DNA of 63,159 bases from Minisyncoccota bacterium (GCA_041660105.1 JBAZWZ010000005.1:1-63159); one strand, 5' to 3'; numbered from the stretch's first letter, positions 27,807 to 36,906 are shown. Program-made: numbers and translations. Notes: generated by a model from the sequence alone, not told the origin.

Positions 27807-28016
27807 TTACTTTGATACGAATGGAATGAACGCCATGAAACGGGCGCGCTTGATAGCAGACGCGAGCTGGCGCTGGTACTTTGCTGAAACTCCTGTACGC
27901 TTCCCCGCAATCATACGTGCGTGGGGTGTAAGGAACTTCTTCAAAATATCAACATCCTTATAGTCGATAAGTTTTACGTTGTTCGTCGTAAAATAACATT
28001 GTGTGTTCTTTTTCAT
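27807..28016 (-). CDS. rpsR: 30S ribosomal protein S18
   Basis: 69 aa: IDYKDVDILKKFLTPHARMIAGKRTGVSAKYQRQLASAIKRARFMA. Confidence 0.96.
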   Translation of the reverse strand: MKKNTQCYFTTNNVKLIDYKDVDILKKFLTPHARMIAGKRTGVSAKYQRQLASAIKRARFMAFIPFVSK

Positions 28017-28063
28017 GGTAGTTTAAAGTTTTTTAATTTGATTTTTTGAACTTAGGCAGTTGA

Positions 28064-28150
28064 GTGCAGTACGAGGCGCAACCGAGCATTGTGACCAAGC
28101 TGTACATGGAGTACTGTGCGGAAACAAGCGGAGTTTGCAACGAAGTAATG
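28064..28150 (-). repeat. 87-nt structured element, copy 1 (ssb-rpsR spacer)
   Basis: 83/87 identical to 28695-28781. The termini TGCAGTAC...GTAATGCA are self-complementary. The flanks extend the stem (GCAGTTGA / TCAACTGC). Confidence 0.85.
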
Positions 28151-28171
28151 CATCAACTGCGTATGTTCAAA

Positions 28172-28636
28172 CTAGAATGGGATGTCGTCGGGATTGATAT
28201 CCTCCTCCGGATACTCAATAGTTTCTAGAGCTTCGTGAGCGGGAGCTGCTGCTGATTTTGATACTGGAGCAGCTGCTGCGGGAGTATAGCCTCCAGCCGT
28301 GGGCGCTCCTGCGCGGGGACCAAACTGCATACTGTCTGCAATGATTTCTGTACGGTATTTCTTGACACCGCTTGGATCATCCCAACTGCGAGTCTGCATA
28401 CGTCCTTCAATGTATACACCTGAACCTTTTTTCAAGTACTGAGCTGCGAGTTCTGCGAGCTTTGCGAACATCACAATATTGTGATAATCCACACTCTCCT
28501 GCTTTGCCCCCATCTTATCTTTCCAGACGCGGTTGGTTGCAAGACTGAAACTGGTAACTTGCTGTCCCGAAGGGAGCGCTTTCATTTCTGGGTCGCGCGT
28601 CAAGTTCCCGTAAACCATTGCTTTGTTGATGTACAT
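28172..28636 (-). CDS. ssb: single-stranded DNA-binding protein
   Basis: OB-fold N-terminus (NKAMVYGNLTRDPE..LATNRVWKDK..), a Gly/Pro/Ala-rich linker, and an acidic tip DDIPF. Confidence 0.96.
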   Translation of the reverse strand: MYINKAMVYGNLTRDPEMKALPSGQQVTSFSLATNRVWKDKMGAKQESVDYHNIVMFAKLAELAAQYLKKGSGVYIEGRMQTRSWDDPSGVKKYRTEIIADSMQFGPRAGAPTAGGYTPAAAAPVSKSAAAPAHEALETIEYPEEDINPDDIPF

Positions 28637-28694
28637 AATAATATAATTATTTTCTATCTTTTATTTTGTATCCAGTAAGGACTTATATTTGGGA

Positions 28695-28781
28695 TGCAGT
28701 ACGAGGCGCAACCGAGCATTGTGACCAAGCTGTACATGAAGTACCGCGCGGAAACAAGCGGAGGTTGCAACGAAGTAATGC
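28695..28781 (-). repeat. 87-nt structured element, copy 2 (rpsF-ssb spacer)
   Basis: Same core as 28064-28150. Here the flanks TTTGG / CCAAA extend the closing stem with a different sequence. Confidence 0.85.
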
Positions 28782-28800
28782 GCCAAAATTAAGTTCTTAC

Positions 28801-29274
28801 CTATGCTACCAATTCTTCAATAGCCTTGTCCAGCACTTCCTCCGTTGGTGCTACAACTGGGGCTTCTTCATTCACAATTTCAGCAACCTCTTCCTCCTTT
28901 ACTTTTGCTGCCGTAAACTTCTTTGCAATGAAAGTGTTCTCCTTAATCGTCTTTACGACGAGGTAGCGAAGAACGTTGTCGTCCTTCTTGAGTGCTTCTT
29001 CGAGTGTTGCAATCCCTTCTGGGTTTGCTTCAAACTTAATCCATCCAAAGTAAGCATTGTCGAAGCGCTTGTTCTTGTGCTCGACAGTCTTAACAATGGT
29101 GTAGGCGAGGTCGATGAATACAGGAAGTTCCTCGGCAATGATGTCCCTGGAAATCTGCTCAATCATACCACGCACGGCTCCCGACGCTCCTGGGATTTGC
29201 TCCACAGCAAGCGTTGGAACGAGATGGTAGCCTAGCTCATATACGCGAGGCTCCGTGTGTTCATTATGATCCAT
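28801..29274 (-). CDS. rpsF: 30S ribosomal protein S6 (extended C-terminus)
   Basis: S6-like core (YELGYHLVP... FGWIKFEANPEGIATLEEALKKDDNVLRYLVVKT), first gene of rpsF-ssb-rpsR. Confidence 0.9.
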   Translation of the reverse strand: MDHNEHTEPRVYELGYHLVPTLAVEQIPGASGAVRGMIEQISRDIIAEELPVFIDLAYTIVKTVEHKNKRFDNAYFGWIKFEANPEGIATLEEALKKDDNVLRYLVVKTIKENTFIAKKFTAAKVKEEEVAEIVNEEAPVVAPTEEVLDKAIEELVA

Positions 29275-29286
29275 ATTTTTAATTGC

Positions 29287-29443
29287 GAACCTAGTTTTAA
29301 AATAGTTACTACTGCGTTTGGCAAAATTCTACTACAAACCTTCGTAATGCTCGTCATTGTGCCTCGGCACAACTCCTCTCATTTCTCGGTTTTCGCTACG
29401 AATTTTGCAAAACTCGCTACGCAATTATTTTAAAACCAGGTTC
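29287..29443 (-). promoter_or_regulatory. long nested hairpin in the rpsF 5' leader (candidate autoregulatory leader or MITE)
   Basis: Outer arms GAACCTAGTTTTAAAATA (29287-29304) / TATTTTAAAACCAGGTTC (29426-29443) match 17/18. Inner arms are GCAAAATTC (29321-29329) / GAATTTTGC (29400-29408). The apical hairpin is TTGTGCC-gag-GGCACAA. Confidence 0.5.
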
Positions 29444-29515
29444 TGTGGGGTTTCCCCCGTTAACCTGATAACTTGCGTATACTACCAAAGTATCGTCCAA
29501 AAGTCCACAAATAAA

Positions 29516-29547
29516 ACCCGTTCAAGTCTATTTCAACTTGAACGGGT
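29516..29547 (-). terminator. terminator after CDS 29580-30170
   Basis: ACCCGTTCAAGT-(8 nt)-ACTTGAACGGGT, followed on the minus sense by TTTTAT. Confidence 0.8.
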
Positions 29548-29579
29548 CTGAGCTAGTATTACTCTACAATGGCACTAAT

Positions 29580-30170
29580 CTAAGCCGCCTTGCGCGACAG
29601 CTCCGCCTTCAAATGGAAACCATCTGAGCATCTGCCGTTGCACTCCTTATAGTGTGGCTCACAAACCATGAATGCTTCGACTGTCCCGTGGTTGTTGTTC
29701 CAAGCAAGATGTGTGCGTGGCTGGTCGCAACCTTCATGCACACAAATCCCCGGGGTCACAGCGAGGTCATCTGGATAATAAATCACATTTATACCAAGAC
29801 GATTGTTTTTAAAACCAAATGCTTGATTAATCAAGGAATCAACTCTGTTCTCAATGGTCAGGTGCCACTCCGGCATCTCACTTGGCTCCAGATGGGCAAG
29901 TTCGATACCTTCGTCCAAAAGCAGGAAGTCATCTTCGGATTTTGACCACCCCTCCCTTACCCACTCTCGAATGACATGTGACCCGAAGTTTTTTGTGAGG
30001 TACCATTTCGGAACTGAAATCTTCGCAAAGTCTTTACCGTCTTTCTGAAAAATTTCAGTAATTGTTCCCGCAACATCAAACTGATGCATCCAGGTGTCAC
30101 TTGCTGATAATGCTTTAACAACTGACCCAACCTCAAATTTTTTCATAATTCTCTCCTGTAAACACACCAA
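29580..30170 (-). CDS. hypothetical Cys/His-rich protein
   Basis: 196-aa ORF with a TTG start in the track. The more likely start is the internal ATG (MKKFEVG, ~30146). The C-terminal half has CxxxxC...H...C...C..C spacing suggestive of metal binding. Confidence 0.55.
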   Translation of the reverse strand: MVCLQERIMKKFEVGSVVKALSASDTWMHQFDVAGTITEIFQKDGKDFAKISVPKWYLTKNFGSHVIREWVREGWSKSEDDFLLLDEGIELAHLEPSEMPEWHLTIENRVDSLINQAFGFKNNRLGINVIYYPDDLAVTPGICVHEGCDQPRTHLAWNNNHGTVEAFMVCEPHYKECNGRCSDGFHLKAELSRKAA

Positions 30171-30210
30171 AATTGGTCTAAATGAAGACTACGCCAAAAG
30201 AAACAGACTG

Positions 30211-31044
30211 TCAAACTACTATATTAAATGTTCGCAGGGCGTTTTGCACTAAAGCTGCGCGGACAGTTTCGAAATCCTCTCCGCGAATTTCGGCGATTTT
30301 CTTTACTACTTCTTCTACATAAATAGGCTCATTACGCTTGCCACGATATGGGGCAGGTGCTACGTACGGGCAGTCGGTCTCTGACATCAATCTCTCAAGT
30401 GGGGCTTCGCGAATCACCTCGTCGTACTCGCGAGAGAATGTAATAACCCCCGTGAACGAAATAGTGAAATCAAGCGCAAAATATTCGCGCGCAATATCAA
30501 GCGTTTGCGCAAAGAAGTGCACATCACCGCGGAGTGCTGCCCCTGCGGTCTCTTTCTTTTCTTTTAATATTGCGAGCACTTCGTGATGTGCGTCCGCGTC
30601 GCTTTTATTGGAATCACGCACGTGGAGCATCAAGGGAAGGTTGTGCTCTATCGCAAAATCGACTTGGTCACGAAAAAGATCGCGCTGTCGTTCCTTCTCA
30701 TTTTCAATATTTTCTTTATCCGCAAGTCGCGAATAATCTATACCGCATTCCCCTACTGCCACGACGCGGGGGTTCGTTGCAAGCTCGTCAAAAATAGTTT
30801 TGGGAAACTTAATACAATAAGTATCAGTAGGGTGTATCCCCATTGTTGCATACACACCGCTTGAGATCGCTGAGGCCAATGATATTACTTCTTGCGAGCT
30901 CTCATAGTCCGTGCCAACGAGTATCCCCCACACATTATGCTCGCGCATACGCCCAAAGACATCGTCTCTGTCATTTGCAAACTGCTTATCGTTTACGTGA
31001 CTATGGATGTCGAAGTATTGTGGGAGCATTTTGTCAGTTGTCAT
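30211..31044 (-). CDS. tatD: TatD-family metal-dependent hydrolase/DNase
   Basis: FDIHSH.., GECGIDY, LMLHVRD, HFF.., ETDCPY motifs. Confidence 0.92.
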   Translation of the reverse strand: MTTDKMLPQYFDIHSHVNDKQFANDRDDVFGRMREHNVWGILVGTDYESSQEVISLASAISSGVYATMGIHPTDTYCIKFPKTIFDELATNPRVVAVGECGIDYSRLADKENIENEKERQRDLFRDQVDFAIEHNLPLMLHVRDSNKSDADAHHEVLAILKEKKETAGAALRGDVHFFAQTLDIAREYFALDFTISFTGVITFSREYDEVIREAPLERLMSETDCPYVAPAPYRGKRNEPIYVEEVVKKIAEIRGEDFETVRAALVQNALRTFNIVV

Positions 31045-31073
31045 ATGTCAATTGTCAAATGTGCGCGAAGCGC

Positions 31074-32678
31074 CTACTCTTTACGCATAAAGAGTGGCTC
31101 GAAGGGGGCCTTTGCGTGGAACACAACACTGCCGTCATCTGCATCAGTAGCACCGAGGAAAATCTCCATACGCATAGCCGTGTCGGGCATAATTGGTTTA
31201 ATCATTTGTCCCACTTCGCGAAGTCCGTACAATATCCCCCAAAGTACTGCCTCCGTAGTTTCCTTGTCGGTCTTTACGAGCTTGAACGGCTCATAATCAG
31301 AAATGTACTGATCAAGATATCCAATGAGCTCCCAGATGACGTCTGCGCCTTTGTTTATTTCATGAGCACTCATATGCTTGTGGTACCGCGGAAGAATATC
31401 GTTAATAACAAGATAAGGAATATTATATCCCGCTACATTTTCCCCAGGAATTTCGATGTCAGTTATTTTTGTGCTAATAGCCGGCACCCGCGCTCTATCT
31501 CCCTTAACACCCTCTGGGAAATACGACTCAGCCATCTTGAGTGTGCGCGATATCAAATTACCAAGACCATTCGCGAGGTTTGCATTGTAAACTTCTTTAA
31601 ATTTTTCGTCTGTCAAATCCCAATCTTCCAAGGGTGAGACCTCGCGCGTAAGATAGTAGCGCAAAGCATCTTTGCCATATTCGTCAATAAAATTACTAGG
31701 AATTAATACATTGCCAAGACTCTTTGACATTTTCTTTCCGCCTGAGTTTACAAAACCATGGACAAGAAGCTCGCGTGGGAGAGGAAGCTTTGCCGAAAGA
31801 AGAAAAGCTGGCCAAAGAAGGGCGTGGAAGCGCACAATTTCCTTGCCAAGCACATGGACGTCTGCTGGCCAATAAGTATTGAATTTTGAATCATCTGGGG
31901 CCCCGTATCCGAGCGCTGAGATGTAATTTGAAAGTGCATCGCACCATACATACATAAGCTGTCCAGGATCACTGGGAACAGGAATCCCCCATGGGATTGC
32001 GCGCTCAGGGCGAGAGATACTTATGTCTCCTAAACTATTTTCTCCTTCTTTCTCGGATATCAAAGCGGTGACCTCATTAACTTTTGAGTGTGGAATAATT
32101 TTCAGTTCTCCACTAAGAAGTAAGCGTTTGATCTCGTTTCCATATTTTGAAAGTCTAAAAAAATAATTTTCCTCTTCGATTTGCTCAGGCACTGTGTCGT
32201 GAAGCGCGCATTTTCCGTTTACCAATTCTTTCTCAGTGATAAATGCTTCACAACCAACACAATACAATCCCTTGTAGGTACCCTTGTATATGTCGCCCGC
32301 CTCTTCAAGTTCTTTCCAGAGTTTTTTTGCCCCAGGCCAGTGATGCTCTTTGTCAGACGTACGAATAAACATATCGTTTGAAACGCCGAGGGCCTTGATG
32401 AGCTCCTGCATTTTTTCTACGTTTCCATTTACAAATGCTTGTGGACCGACTCCCTCCATTTGAGCGGCACGAACAATCTTGTCACCATGCTCATCAGAGC
32501 CCGTAAGAAAAAAAGTGTTGTCACCAATGGAACGATGATATCGCGCGAGAACATCAGTCAAGACAAGAGTGTAGCTGTGCCCCATATGTAGCGGTGCATT
32601 CGCATAAAAAATCGGGGTTGTTATGTAAAATTTCTTTTCTGACACCCCATTAGAACTTTCTTTGTTTAAATTATTCAT
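31074..32678 (-). CDS. metG: methionine--tRNA ligase (short form, no C-terminal tRNA-binding domain)
   Basis: HIGH-type (APLHMGHSYT) and KMSKS (KMSKSLGN) motifs, plus a CxxC...C knuckle (LYCVGCEAF). Confidence 0.95.
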   Translation of the reverse strand: MNNLNKESSNGVSEKKFYITTPIFYANAPLHMGHSYTLVLTDVLARYHRSIGDNTFFLTGSDEHGDKIVRAAQMEGVGPQAFVNGNVEKMQELIKALGVSNDMFIRTSDKEHHWPGAKKLWKELEEAGDIYKGTYKGLYCVGCEAFITEKELVNGKCALHDTVPEQIEEENYFFRLSKYGNEIKRLLLSGELKIIPHSKVNEVTALISEKEGENSLGDISISRPERAIPWGIPVPSDPGQLMYVWCDALSNYISALGYGAPDDSKFNTYWPADVHVLGKEIVRFHALLWPAFLLSAKLPLPRELLVHGFVNSGGKKMSKSLGNVLIPSNFIDEYGKDALRYYLTREVSPLEDWDLTDEKFKEVYNANLANGLGNLISRTLKMAESYFPEGVKGDRARVPAISTKITDIEIPGENVAGYNIPYLVINDILPRYHKHMSAHEINKGADVIWELIGYLDQYISDYEPFKLVKTDKETTEAVLWGILYGLREVGQMIKPIMPDTAMRMEIFLGATDADDGSVVFHAKAPFEPLFMRKE

Positions 32679-32768
32679 ATCTTTTGTTTAGTGTAGCATT
32701 TGTTTCCCGACTTTTTAAGTAGTATTTTAAAACTTCTAACGGGGCAGGTTTTCTTTATAAAATACGCA

Positions 32769-33824
32769 TTAAACAATCATTCCCTTTTTGCGCTCGATGT
32801 CCTCCACGAGCTCCATAAGCGCTGCTGCTACAGGGACTGAAATCAATACCCCCAAAACTCCGCCAAGCTCAAGCCCGATGATAAGAGCGAGGATTACGAG
32901 GATAGGAGGGACCCCGACAACCTTGCGCACAACAAGTGGGTAAATAAGGTGACTTTCAAACTGTTGAACAAGGAGATAGAAAGCAGCGATAATGACAGCG
33001 AGCGTAGTCCCTCCAACAGTGAAAGCCAGGATGACTCCGGGAATCGATGAAAGTATTGGTCCGAAAACAGGAATAATTTCGAGCACCCCCGCAAGAAGCG
33101 CGAGCGACATAGCATAAGGAACATTAAAAATAGTAAGACCGAGATATACGAGCACAAAGATGAGCACACCAAGGAGGAGCTGCCCCTGCATCCACTTCCC
33201 TATCTTTGCTTTGGAGCGCGACCAAAGATCAATAGCATACTCCTCTGTTTCAAATGGAAGAATAATACGCAAGAAATTCTCAATGCCACGCTCTTGCATC
33301 GCAAAGTAAAACGAAAGTACGACAATGAGGACAACACTAAACACACCACCAAAAATAGTGCCCACCGCTCCAAACACTCCGTCAGTCGCGCCACTCGCAG
33401 AAGAAATCTTACCAAACAAATTACCCAAGCCAGCATTGAGTGATGAGTCCCCTCCGAGCGCGCTCACGAGAATTCCCTTGTCTCCCAAAATATTCTTGTC
33501 AATCGACTGCATCATACTTGGGAGCTTTTGAGTAATCTCCGCAGCTTCGTTTACCATAGGGGGAACGAACGCGAAGATAAGAGCGACAAGCAAGCCTGCA
33601 GCAGCAAGGTAGGTCAAGAGCACCGCGGGAATACGATGAATATGGAACTTCGAGAGAAATTTAATTCCTGGCTCAATAGATGAAGCGAGAATAACCGCTG
33701 TGATGATAATCATCACGAGATCGCGCAATGTCCACAATACCCAAACCCCCGCGACAATAGCGAGACCTTTTACAATAGTCCCTGAGGTAATCGAAATAAC
33801 GGTGTCTTTTTCCTTCCCTTTCAT
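32769..33824 (-). CDS. AI-2E family transporter (PerM/YhhT-like permease)
   Basis: About 8 TM helices with the conserved C-terminal ..P.LVIL.L..G..LGG..GVL..VP.. block. The start is moved to the ATG at 33824, 6 nt after TACTAT. Confidence 0.8.
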   Translation of the reverse strand: MKGKEKDTVISITSGTIVKGLAIVAGVWVLWTLRDLVMIIITAVILASSIEPGIKFLSKFHIHRIPAVLLTYLAAAGLLVALIFAFVPPMVNEAAEITQKLPSMMQSIDKNILGDKGILVSALGGDSSLNAGLGNLFGKISSASGATDGVFGAVGTIFGGVFSVVLIVVLSFYFAMQERGIENFLRIILPFETEEYAIDLWSRSKAKIGKWMQGQLLLGVLIFVLVYLGLTIFNVPYAMSLALLAGVLEIIPVFGPILSSIPGVILAFTVGGTTLAVIIAAFYLLVQQFESHLIYPLVVRKVVGVPPILVILALIIGLELGGVLGVLISVPVAAALMELVEDIERKKGMIV

Positions 33825-33848
33825 CACCCTATAGTAACACAAAGAACG

Positions 33849-35117
33849 CTAAAATCTAAGAAGCGCAGCGAGGGCTTTTTCGTCTTTTGAGGGTCCAACG
33901 AGCGCGAGGTTGAGGTTTTTCTCAATAAATATCTTTTTGGCGATGGTGCGAATATCCTCTGCAGTGACCGCGCGAATAAGACGCTCGCGCTCCTTGGGAG
34001 TACGGAGCTCTCGACGCATAATCTCCTGCATACCGTAGTACTCTGCGAGGTCGTCCGACGACTCGAGCCCGAGATACATCATCCCCACAAGGTGCTCTTT
34101 TACTTTCGTAAGCTCCTCTTCAGAAACAAGATTATTTTTCAAATTATTGAGCTCGGAAATTATTGCACGAATGACTTCCAGAAGACGATCATTAGCGACA
34201 CCAGCGGACACTGCGAAGTATCCGCTATCTGTCGATGCTCTGTTGCCAGCGTTTACATAGTACCCCACTCCCATCTCATCGCGGAGCTTGCGAAAAAGTC
34301 GCGACGACATTCCGCTTCCGAGAATACCACTGAGTACAGCGAGTGTTGGATTTCGCTTATCATACACGGGGAATGTTCGCACACCGAGAATGAGATGCGT
34401 CTGATCAGTCTCCTTGTGTTTGATAGCAACCTGCGGACCCGACTGAGTATCACGTGTTTTTTTCTTTCCGCCTTTTTTGCTGTCTGAAATGCCTTTGAAG
34501 TTTCTCGTAATTTCTTTGAAAGCGGAATTTGCGTCAATATTCCCCGTCACAATAACGGTCGTAGCATTTGCCACATAGTGCGCCTTGCGATATTGAGCAA
34601 TATCCTTTCGCGACATCCCTCTTACTACATCACGCTCGCCTGAAATTTTCCACCCCGCTCCTTGGTCGCTGTAAAGAAGATTCATCCACACTTCGTGAAC
34701 TTTTTGCATCGGCATATCGTCGTACATATTAATCTCGTCAACGATTACTCCCTTTTCTTTTTCTATCTCATCTTCTTTGAGAAGTGGATTTAAGTAGAGG
34801 TCAGAAATAATATCAATAAGCTTTGGGAAATCTGATGCCTTGCCCTTTGCATAATAACCCGTAAACTCTTGACCTGTGAATGCGTTGAATTCACACCCAA
34901 GTCCATCAAGCTCTTTTGAGAGGTCGCTCGTGTTAGGGCGTGTCGTCGTTCCCTTGAAACACATATGCTCAAGAAAATGAGAGATGCCGTTTTTTGCTTT
35001 CGTCTCGTATTTTGAGCCCGTCTCAACGAGCACAAGGACGGTCGTCGTAGGATTGTCCGCCATCGGCACCACAATCATACGGAGGCCATTTGGTAGTATT
35101 TTCTTTTTGAATTTCAT
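33849..35117 (-). CDS. M16-family zinc peptidase (pitrilysin-like)
   Basis: Inverted zinc motif HxxEH (HFLEHMCFKG) and the downstream E of the M16 fold. 422 aa. Confidence 0.9.
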   Translation of the reverse strand: MKFKKKILPNGLRMIVVPMADNPTTTVLVLVETGSKYETKAKNGISHFLEHMCFKGTTTRPNTSDLSKELDGLGCEFNAFTGQEFTGYYAKGKASDFPKLIDIISDLYLNPLLKEDEIEKEKGVIVDEINMYDDMPMQKVHEVWMNLLYSDQGAGWKISGERDVVRGMSRKDIAQYRKAHYVANATTVIVTGNIDANSAFKEITRNFKGISDSKKGGKKKTRDTQSGPQVAIKHKETDQTHLILGVRTFPVYDKRNPTLAVLSGILGSGMSSRLFRKLRDEMGVGYYVNAGNRASTDSGYFAVSAGVANDRLLEVIRAIISELNNLKNNLVSEEELTKVKEHLVGMMYLGLESSDDLAEYYGMQEIMRRELRTPKERERLIRAVTAEDIRTIAKKIFIEKNLNLALVGPSKDEKALAALLRF

Positions 35118-35152
35118 CCCGTTAGTTTAACACAAGAAACGGGCAAATAAAA

Positions 35153-35178
35153 AAGAGCTCGAGAAATCCCGAGCTCTT
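35153..35178 (-). terminator. terminator after the small ORF 35196-35318
   Basis: AAGAGCTCG-(8 nt)-CGAGCTCTT, followed on the minus sense by TTTTTATTT. Confidence 0.75.
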
Positions 35179-35195
35179 GTCCTATCCCGGCATAT

Positions 35196-35318
35196 TCAGT
35201 GCATGGGGGCACCGTGCGTTGCTATCATGCCCGCAAGTGCCAAAGTAACTACCAGGCCACCTGCGAAACACATCCCCCAAAAGAGAACTTTCGATGCAAC
35301 AGTCATTACTTTTTTCAT
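35196..35318 (-). CDS. 40-aa hydrophobic small protein (not in the ORF track)
   Basis: ATG at 35318 preceded by TAAGGAGCAGAAA (consensus RBS at 6-7 nt). Sequence: MKKVMTVASKVLFWGMCFAGGLVVTLALAGMIATHGAPMH. It has its own terminator. Confidence 0.55.
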   Translation of the reverse strand: MKKVMTVASKVLFWGMCFAGGLVVTLALAGMIATHGAPMH

Positions 35319-35372
35319 TTTCTGCTCCTTAAAGAACGTGGCAAAATTGCCATAAACCGTGCTAACCTATAT

Positions 35373-36785
35373 CTAAAGGATAGCACTTTTGATGTATTTT
35401 GTCAAGTCCCCTATTGGCATTCTTTTTTGCTCACCAGTGTCGCGGTCGCGAACAGTGACGGTGTTCAAAAGCTCAGGATTCTCACCGAGGGTGTCAAAGT
35501 CGATTACGACGCAGAACGGTGTGCCAATCTCATCCTGACGGCGATAGCGCTTGCCGACATTTCCGTTGTCATCCCACATTATCTGAGGAACTTCGAGCTT
35601 GAGCATTGAGAATACTTCGCGTGCTTTTGCTACGAGCTCAGGCTTATTTTTAAGAAGTGGGGAAACTGCTGCCTTGATCGGCGCGATACGAGGATGGAAC
35701 TTGAGATATGAGCGCACTTCCCCACCCATTTCATCTTCGCTGTATGCCTCACTGAGAACTGCGAGCATCGTGCGACCAACACCAAGTGACGGCTCAATAA
35801 CGTGTGGCAAAAACTTTTCTTTTGTTTCCTCGTCAAAGTATTCAAGGTTTACCTTGCTGCCGTTTTGGTGACTTGTGAGATCGTAGTTGGTACGATATGC
35901 GAGACCATAAAGTTCTTTACGTCCAAAAGGAAAGTCGTATTCAAAATCAATCGTGCGCTTTGAGTAAAACGCTCGGTCAGCATCTGCAACTTCAAGTTCG
36001 TGTACCTTGTCCTTATCGAGACCAACCGCTTCAATAAACTTCCACATTTCCTTGCGCCAGTTCTCAAACTGATTCTGCCAATCATCAGGACGAATAAAAT
36101 ATTCAACTTCCATCTGCTCAAGCTCACGCACACGAAAGATAAAGTCACGTGGGGCAATCTCATTGCGAAATGCTTTGCCAATCTGTCCGAGGCCAAACGG
36201 AAGCTTGGGGTGGAATGAATCCACAACATTTTTGTAATTCACAAACATACCTCCTGCGGTCTCAGGGCGAAGATACGTCACGCTCGCTGCATCATCAGAC
36301 GCACCGATGTGTGTACTAAACATCATATTAAACTGTCGCACCTCTCCAAGCTCGTTACCTTCTGGGCTCTTCACTTTGTTTGCCTTGATAGCAGCGTCGA
36401 GATCAGCGAGCTTCATCCCCTTGCAATCAACGCCAATATCTTCGAGAAGGTGGTCTGCACGGTAGCGTTTCTTCGTCTTCAAATCTTCGACAAGGGGGTC
36501 AGAGAATCCCCCTACGTGACCAGAAGAAACCCAAGCCTCGGGATTCATAATAATAGCAGCATCAATCCCGTACATATCTTCACGGCTGTCCACGAACATA
36601 TTCCACCAGAGGTTGGTTATGTTGTTCTTGAGCTTTACGCCGAGAGGACCGTAGTCCCATGTTCCCGCAAGACCACCATAAATCTCTGAACCTTGATAGA
36701 TAAAGCCGCGACGCTTGCAAAGCGAGATTATCTTCTCCATTTTGTCTTCGGGCTCTTTGATAGTCATTATAGTGTTGATGTCCAT
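35373..36785 (-). CDS. glyQS: glycine--tRNA ligase (class II, alpha2 type)
   Basis: RGFIYQGSEIYGGLAGTWDYGPLG, FRNEI.PR.., and the GVGRT(M)LA C-terminal core. The start could be the internal MEKIISL. Confidence 0.95.
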   Translation of the reverse strand: MDINTIMTIKEPEDKMEKIISLCKRRGFIYQGSEIYGGLAGTWDYGPLGVKLKNNITNLWWNMFVDSREDMYGIDAAIIMNPEAWVSSGHVGGFSDPLVEDLKTKKRYRADHLLEDIGVDCKGMKLADLDAAIKANKVKSPEGNELGEVRQFNMMFSTHIGASDDAASVTYLRPETAGGMFVNYKNVVDSFHPKLPFGLGQIGKAFRNEIAPRDFIFRVRELEQMEVEYFIRPDDWQNQFENWRKEMWKFIEAVGLDKDKVHELEVADADRAFYSKRTIDFEYDFPFGRKELYGLAYRTNYDLTSHQNGSKVNLEYFDEETKEKFLPHVIEPSLGVGRTMLAVLSEAYSEDEMGGEVRSYLKFHPRIAPIKAAVSPLLKNKPELVAKAREVFSMLKLEVPQIMWDDNGNVGKRYRRQDEIGTPFCVVIDFDTLGENPELLNTVTVRDRDTGEQKRMPIGDLTKYIKSAIL

Positions 36786-36844
36786 GACACGAACCAGCTG
36801 GTTCGTAGTCGTTAGTTTATAGTTAAAATATCATTAATACAAGT

Positions 36845-36871
36845 GGCGAATTTGCCGAAGGCAAATTCGCC
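36845..36871 (-). terminator. terminator after CDS 36907-38817
   Basis: GGCGAATTTGCC-gaa-GGCAAATTCGCC. Confidence 0.7.
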
Positions 36872-36906
36872 TCCTATCGACTAATGACTATTAACTATGG
36901 ACTTCC

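Noticed and set aside
30055-30065. Apparent extra A when I hand-translated CDS 29580-30170 from the printed sequence (a frame offset of 1 around 30058-30062 relative to the ORF track)
   Set aside because: The ORF track gives an uninterrupted 196-aa ORF and neighbouring coordinates check out. I attribute the discrepancy to my own reading or counting, not to a real frameshift. Coordinates I derived by hand may therefore be off by 1 nt.
30211-30213. Alternative genetic code (UGA recoding, as in some CPR lineages)
   Set aside because: TGA, TAA and TAG all terminate well-supported genes at the expected protein ends (for example tatD ends at TGA, rplL at TAA, CDS 29580-30170 at TAG). No conserved protein shows an in-frame stop.
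30843-31637. Long antisense ORFs opposite well-supported genes (30843-31637, 40705-41397, 44794-45528, 46150-46692, 14281-14964, 17936-18478, 23602-24108, 24374-24916 and others)
   Set aside because: Each fully overlaps a gene with strong family motifs on the other strand. Their translations are low-complexity or Cys/Arg/Ser-rich, as is typical of antisense frames.
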